Shown: positions 61,466 to 64,000 of the stretch, piece by piece
How the letters are laid out: each line of letters begins with the position of its first letter
Numbering within the stretch: position 1 is the stretch's first letter
Assembly: GCA_963724765.1 (NCBI GenBank)
Contig: CAVRVY010000002.1
Location: 160,001-224,000, forward strand
DNA length: 64,000 nt
Direction of reading: 5' to 3'
DNA from: an uncultured delta proteobacterium
GTDB taxonomy: Bacteria; Desulfobacterota; Binatia; Binatales; Binataceae
Notes under the pieces: generated by a model
Databases searched by the model: none
What the model was told of the DNA's origin: nothing
What the model saw: only the letters and a program-made list of their open reading frames with translations
Position numbers and translations under genes: made by a program

Positions 61466-62738
61466 CGCTGCCCCAGAGGTCGAACGCGATCAGTCCCACC
61501 AGGTAGACGGCAGCGGCCAGGTAGAACGCGCCTGAGTACGAGCCGGTCGCCTGCACGATAAAGCCGGTGGCGGCGACGCCGATGATTCCCGGCAGCGTGG
61601 CGAAGGTGTTCGAGATGCCCATCAGGATTCCTGCGTAGCGCGGCGCGACGTCCAGATGGTTGACGCCCCAGCCGCCGAGCCCGATCGACGTACTGCCGAT
61701 CGATATCGTCGCGAGTATCACCGCCTGCACGGCCGTATGTGCAAAAGGCATCGCGCACACCGCCGCCGCGCCGAGCCCAAAAGCGATCGTTACCAGCGTC
61801 TTGCGCACCGCCGTCATCCGCATCCCGCGCCGCTGCAGGCTGTCGGCGAGCCATCCACTGCAATTCGCGACCACGAAGGCCGCCACATACGGCATCACCG
61901 CCATCACGCCCAGGTCCTTAAGCGGCACGTGAAAGGTTTGATCGAGATAGCTCGGCAGCCAGAGCAGCAGGATGTAGAAGCCGAAGTTGTTGCACAGATG
62001 CGCCATCACGATCGCCCATACCGCCGGCTCGCGGCAGATTTTGCCCCACGGGATGGCCTCGGCGGCGTCAACCTCGATCCGCCCCGCGCGAATCTCCGCC
62101 ATCTCAGCCGCGCTCACGCCGGGCGAGTTCTCGGGCCGGTCCGCCGCCTTCCACCACCACAGCGCGAGCCACAAAAGGCCGATAAGTCCCGAGACGTAAA
62201 ACACCGCTTCCCATCCGAAGGCGATTATTATCGGCGGGCTCGCGAGCAGGGCGATGATCGTGCCGAGCGCGGTGCCGCTTAGGTGCAGCGAGATCGCGCG
62301 GGCGCGTTCGGAGGCCGGCGTCCAGCGCGCGGCGATCGAATGGATCGCGGGAAAGTTGACCGCCTCGCCCGCACCGAGCGCGGCGCGCATGAACAGCAGC
62401 AGCCCAAAGGATGCGGTCGCGATCGGCGTGAGAAAAGTTGCAATCGACCACAGCGCCACGCCCGCGCCCAGCACCCGTTTGCCGCCGAAGCGGTCGGCGA
62501 GCAATCCTCCCGGCAACTGGAACCACAGGTAGCCCCAAAAGAAGGACGACAGGATAAGGCCGCGTTCCGCATCGCTGTAACCCTTGGCGCGGGCGAGCGG
62601 GATGATCGCGATCGAGATGTTGACGCGGTCGACGTAGCAGAGCACCGTCGAGAGCGCGAACAGTATGATGACGGTGTAACGCCGCGGCCATCGCATGGCC
62701 ATCGCAACCGTGGCCTCGGCTGGGAATGAATCGGGCAT
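61449..62738 (-). CDS. MFS transporter, anion:cation symporter (ACS/SLC17) family
   Basis: YVDRVNIS, SSFFWGY, LADRFGGK, NHLDVAPRYAG. Confidence 0.93.
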   Translation of the reverse strand: MPDSFPAEATVAMAMRWPRRYTVIILFALSTVLCYVDRVNISIAIIPLARAKGYSDAERGLILSSFFWGYLWFQLPGGLLADRFGGKRVLGAGVALWSIATFLTPIATASFGLLLFMRAALGAGEAVNFPAIHSIAARWTPASERARAISLHLSGTALGTIIALLASPPIIIAFGWEAVFYVSGLIGLLWLALWWWKAADRPENSPGVSAAEMAEIRAGRIEVDAAEAIPWGKICREPAVWAIVMAHLCNNFGFYILLLWLPSYLDQTFHVPLKDLGVMAVMPYVAAFVVANCSGWLADSLQRRGMRMTAVRKTLVTIAFGLGAAAVCAMPFAHTAVQAVILATISIGSTSIGLGGWGVNHLDVAPRYAGILMGISNTFATLPGIIGVAATGFIVQATGSYSGAFYLAAAVYLVGLIAFDLWGSGERKL

Positions 62739-62793
62739 CGCAAGTCCGCGCCGAGCTTAGTTGGGCGGCGCGCACTTTGCCACCTGCGACGCC

Positions 62794-63222
62794 CTAGTGG
62801 CTCAGCGCCAGGCGGATGGCGTTGAGGATATAGATGAAGTCGCGCGGCGCGCGCGCCTCGCCCATCGCTGCCACCCGCGCCAGCACCTCCATCTCCTCGG
62901 CGCTGATGTTGTGTGCGCGCCGGATGCGTTCATCATGCCGGAACTCCTCCCAGGCCGAGCGGCGGCCGCCGCTGTTGGCGCTGTTCAGCAGATCGCGCGC
63001 GCGCGGGTTGGCGAGGAAAAACAGCTCGCGGCTTTGCAGGCCCAGCACCTCGCTAAGGCGCGCGATCACTTTCTCCGAGGGATGCCGCTTGCCGGACTCC
63101 AGGTGGCCGATATACGGAGTCGAGGTCTTAATCCGCCGGGCGACGTCTTCCTGGGTGAGATCGAGTTGGCGGCGGCGTTCGCGGATGACGGCGCCGAAAT
63201 TTCGCTGAATCGCTTTTCGCAT
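62794..63222 (-). CDS. XRE family HTH transcriptional regulator
   Basis: IRERRRQLDLTQEDVA...YIGHLESGKRHPS. Confidence 0.9.
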   Translation of the reverse strand: MRKAIQRNFGAVIRERRRQLDLTQEDVARRIKTSTPYIGHLESGKRHPSEKVIARLSEVLGLQSRELFFLANPRARDLLNSANSGGRRSAWEEFRHDERIRRAHNISAEEMEVLARVAAMGEARAPRDFIYILNAIRLALSH

Positions 63223-63291
63223 CGGATGTCCTTTGTCGCGGCCAGGCCCGGCGGGAGCGCGCCGGTCAAAATTTGATCACCTACGGATTGC

Positions 63292-63645
63292 TCAATTGCC
63301 GTACGGATTGCGCCCCTGGTTGAGATAGAGCGAGAAATCCTCGACCGAGCCCGCCGGGTGAACGGGGCCGCGAAAATGCTCCTCGGCGCCTGCGCCGAGC
63401 GGGCCGACCTTGAGCCGGTCTTCGCCGAGCGGGCGGCCCGCGCTGTCGTAGTAGTGAATTTCCAGGTCGAGCGCGGCGGGACGCGCGCCCGTGTTGCGCA
63501 AATCGCCCGCCACGAAAACGTTATCGCCTTCGTGCTCGAGTCGGCTGTCGATCACTTTTATCGGTTGCACGTGCGCCAGCAGCACGAACACCACGGCGAC
63601 GAAAGCTATCGCTCCCAGCAGGATGAAAAGCGTACCCTTGCGCAT
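63292..63645 (-). CDS. FxLYD-like Ig-fold membrane-anchored protein
   Basis: N-terminal TM; VAGDLRNTG, YYDSAGRPLG, LGAGAEEHF. Confidence 0.7.
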   Translation of the reverse strand: MRKGTLFILLGAIAFVAVVFVLLAHVQPIKVIDSRLEHEGDNVFVAGDLRNTGARPAALDLEIHYYDSAGRPLGEDRLKVGPLGAGAEEHFRGPVHPAGSVEDFSLYLNQGRNPYGN

Positions 63646-63672
63646 GGCCGCCGCCGTCCGCTCGCGGGGCGA

Positions 63673-64000
63673 TCAGTATGAACGCGGCAGATGGAGCACG
63701 TGCTCGCTTATCGTGTTGAGCACCATCTCCTGCGACACCGGCGCGATCTTCAGCATCCGGCACTCGCGAAAATAGCGCTCGACGTCGTACTCGCGCATGT
63801 AGCCGTAGCCGCCGAGCGTCTGCACCGCGCGGTCGCAGGCCTCAAAGGAGGCTTCCGCGGCGCGCAGCTTGGCGATATTGGCTTCGGGTCCGCAGGGCTT
63901 GCGATGGTCGAACAGCCAGGCCGCCTTCATCGTCATCAGTTCGGCCACCTCGAGCTTGGAGTAGGCGTCGGCGAGCGGATGCGCGATTGCCTGGTTCTGG
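63673..64000 (-). CDS. Acyl-CoA dehydrogenase, C-terminal part (5' end outside window)
   Basis: QAIAHPLAD, AKLRAAE, AVQTLGGYGYMREYDVERYFR. Confidence 0.95.
   Translation of the reverse strand, partial: QNQAIAHPLADAYSKLEVAELMTMKAAWLFDHRKPCGPEANIAKLRAAEASFEACDRAVQTLGGYGYMREYDVERYFRECRMLKIAPVSQEMVLNTISEHVLHLPRSY

Overview
High-GC bacterial chromosomal window with about 65 densely packed CDS. It is mostly core and envelope genes: smpB, mltG, ruvX, argJ, secA, murI, engB, cinA, pgpA. Gene content is reminiscent of soil Binatota/deltaproteobacteria-like lineages (inference only). No rRNA, tRNA, tmRNA, CRISPR array, transposase or integrase was recognised. Main modules: (1) a glycoside hydrolase-GT2 fusion translationally coupled to an ABC exporter; (2) Hsp20-lemA-htpX, with htpX frameshifted by an 8-nt tandem duplication; (3) a MoxR/DUF58/two-vWA operon coupled to ruvX-mltG; (4) a surface-glycan locus with three sulfotransferases, two paralogous GT2s, an MsbA-like exporter, a GT-C transferase, a methyltransferase and an LPS-kinase-like protein; (5) a spore-photoproduct-lyase-like radical SAM gene with an uncharacterised partner, inside an engB-GT2...murI-secA run; (6) a redox/metal accessory block; (7) a PyrF paralog that keeps the catalytic residues but has lost the OMP-binding motifs; (8) chrA preceded in frame by a 12-nt repeat expansion encoding a 15-Cys Arg/aromatic peptide. 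Non-coding structure includes two copies of a REP/MITE-like element, two perfect 20-22 bp hairpins and several short tandem repeats at gene starts. All calls come from reading motifs by eye; no searches were run.
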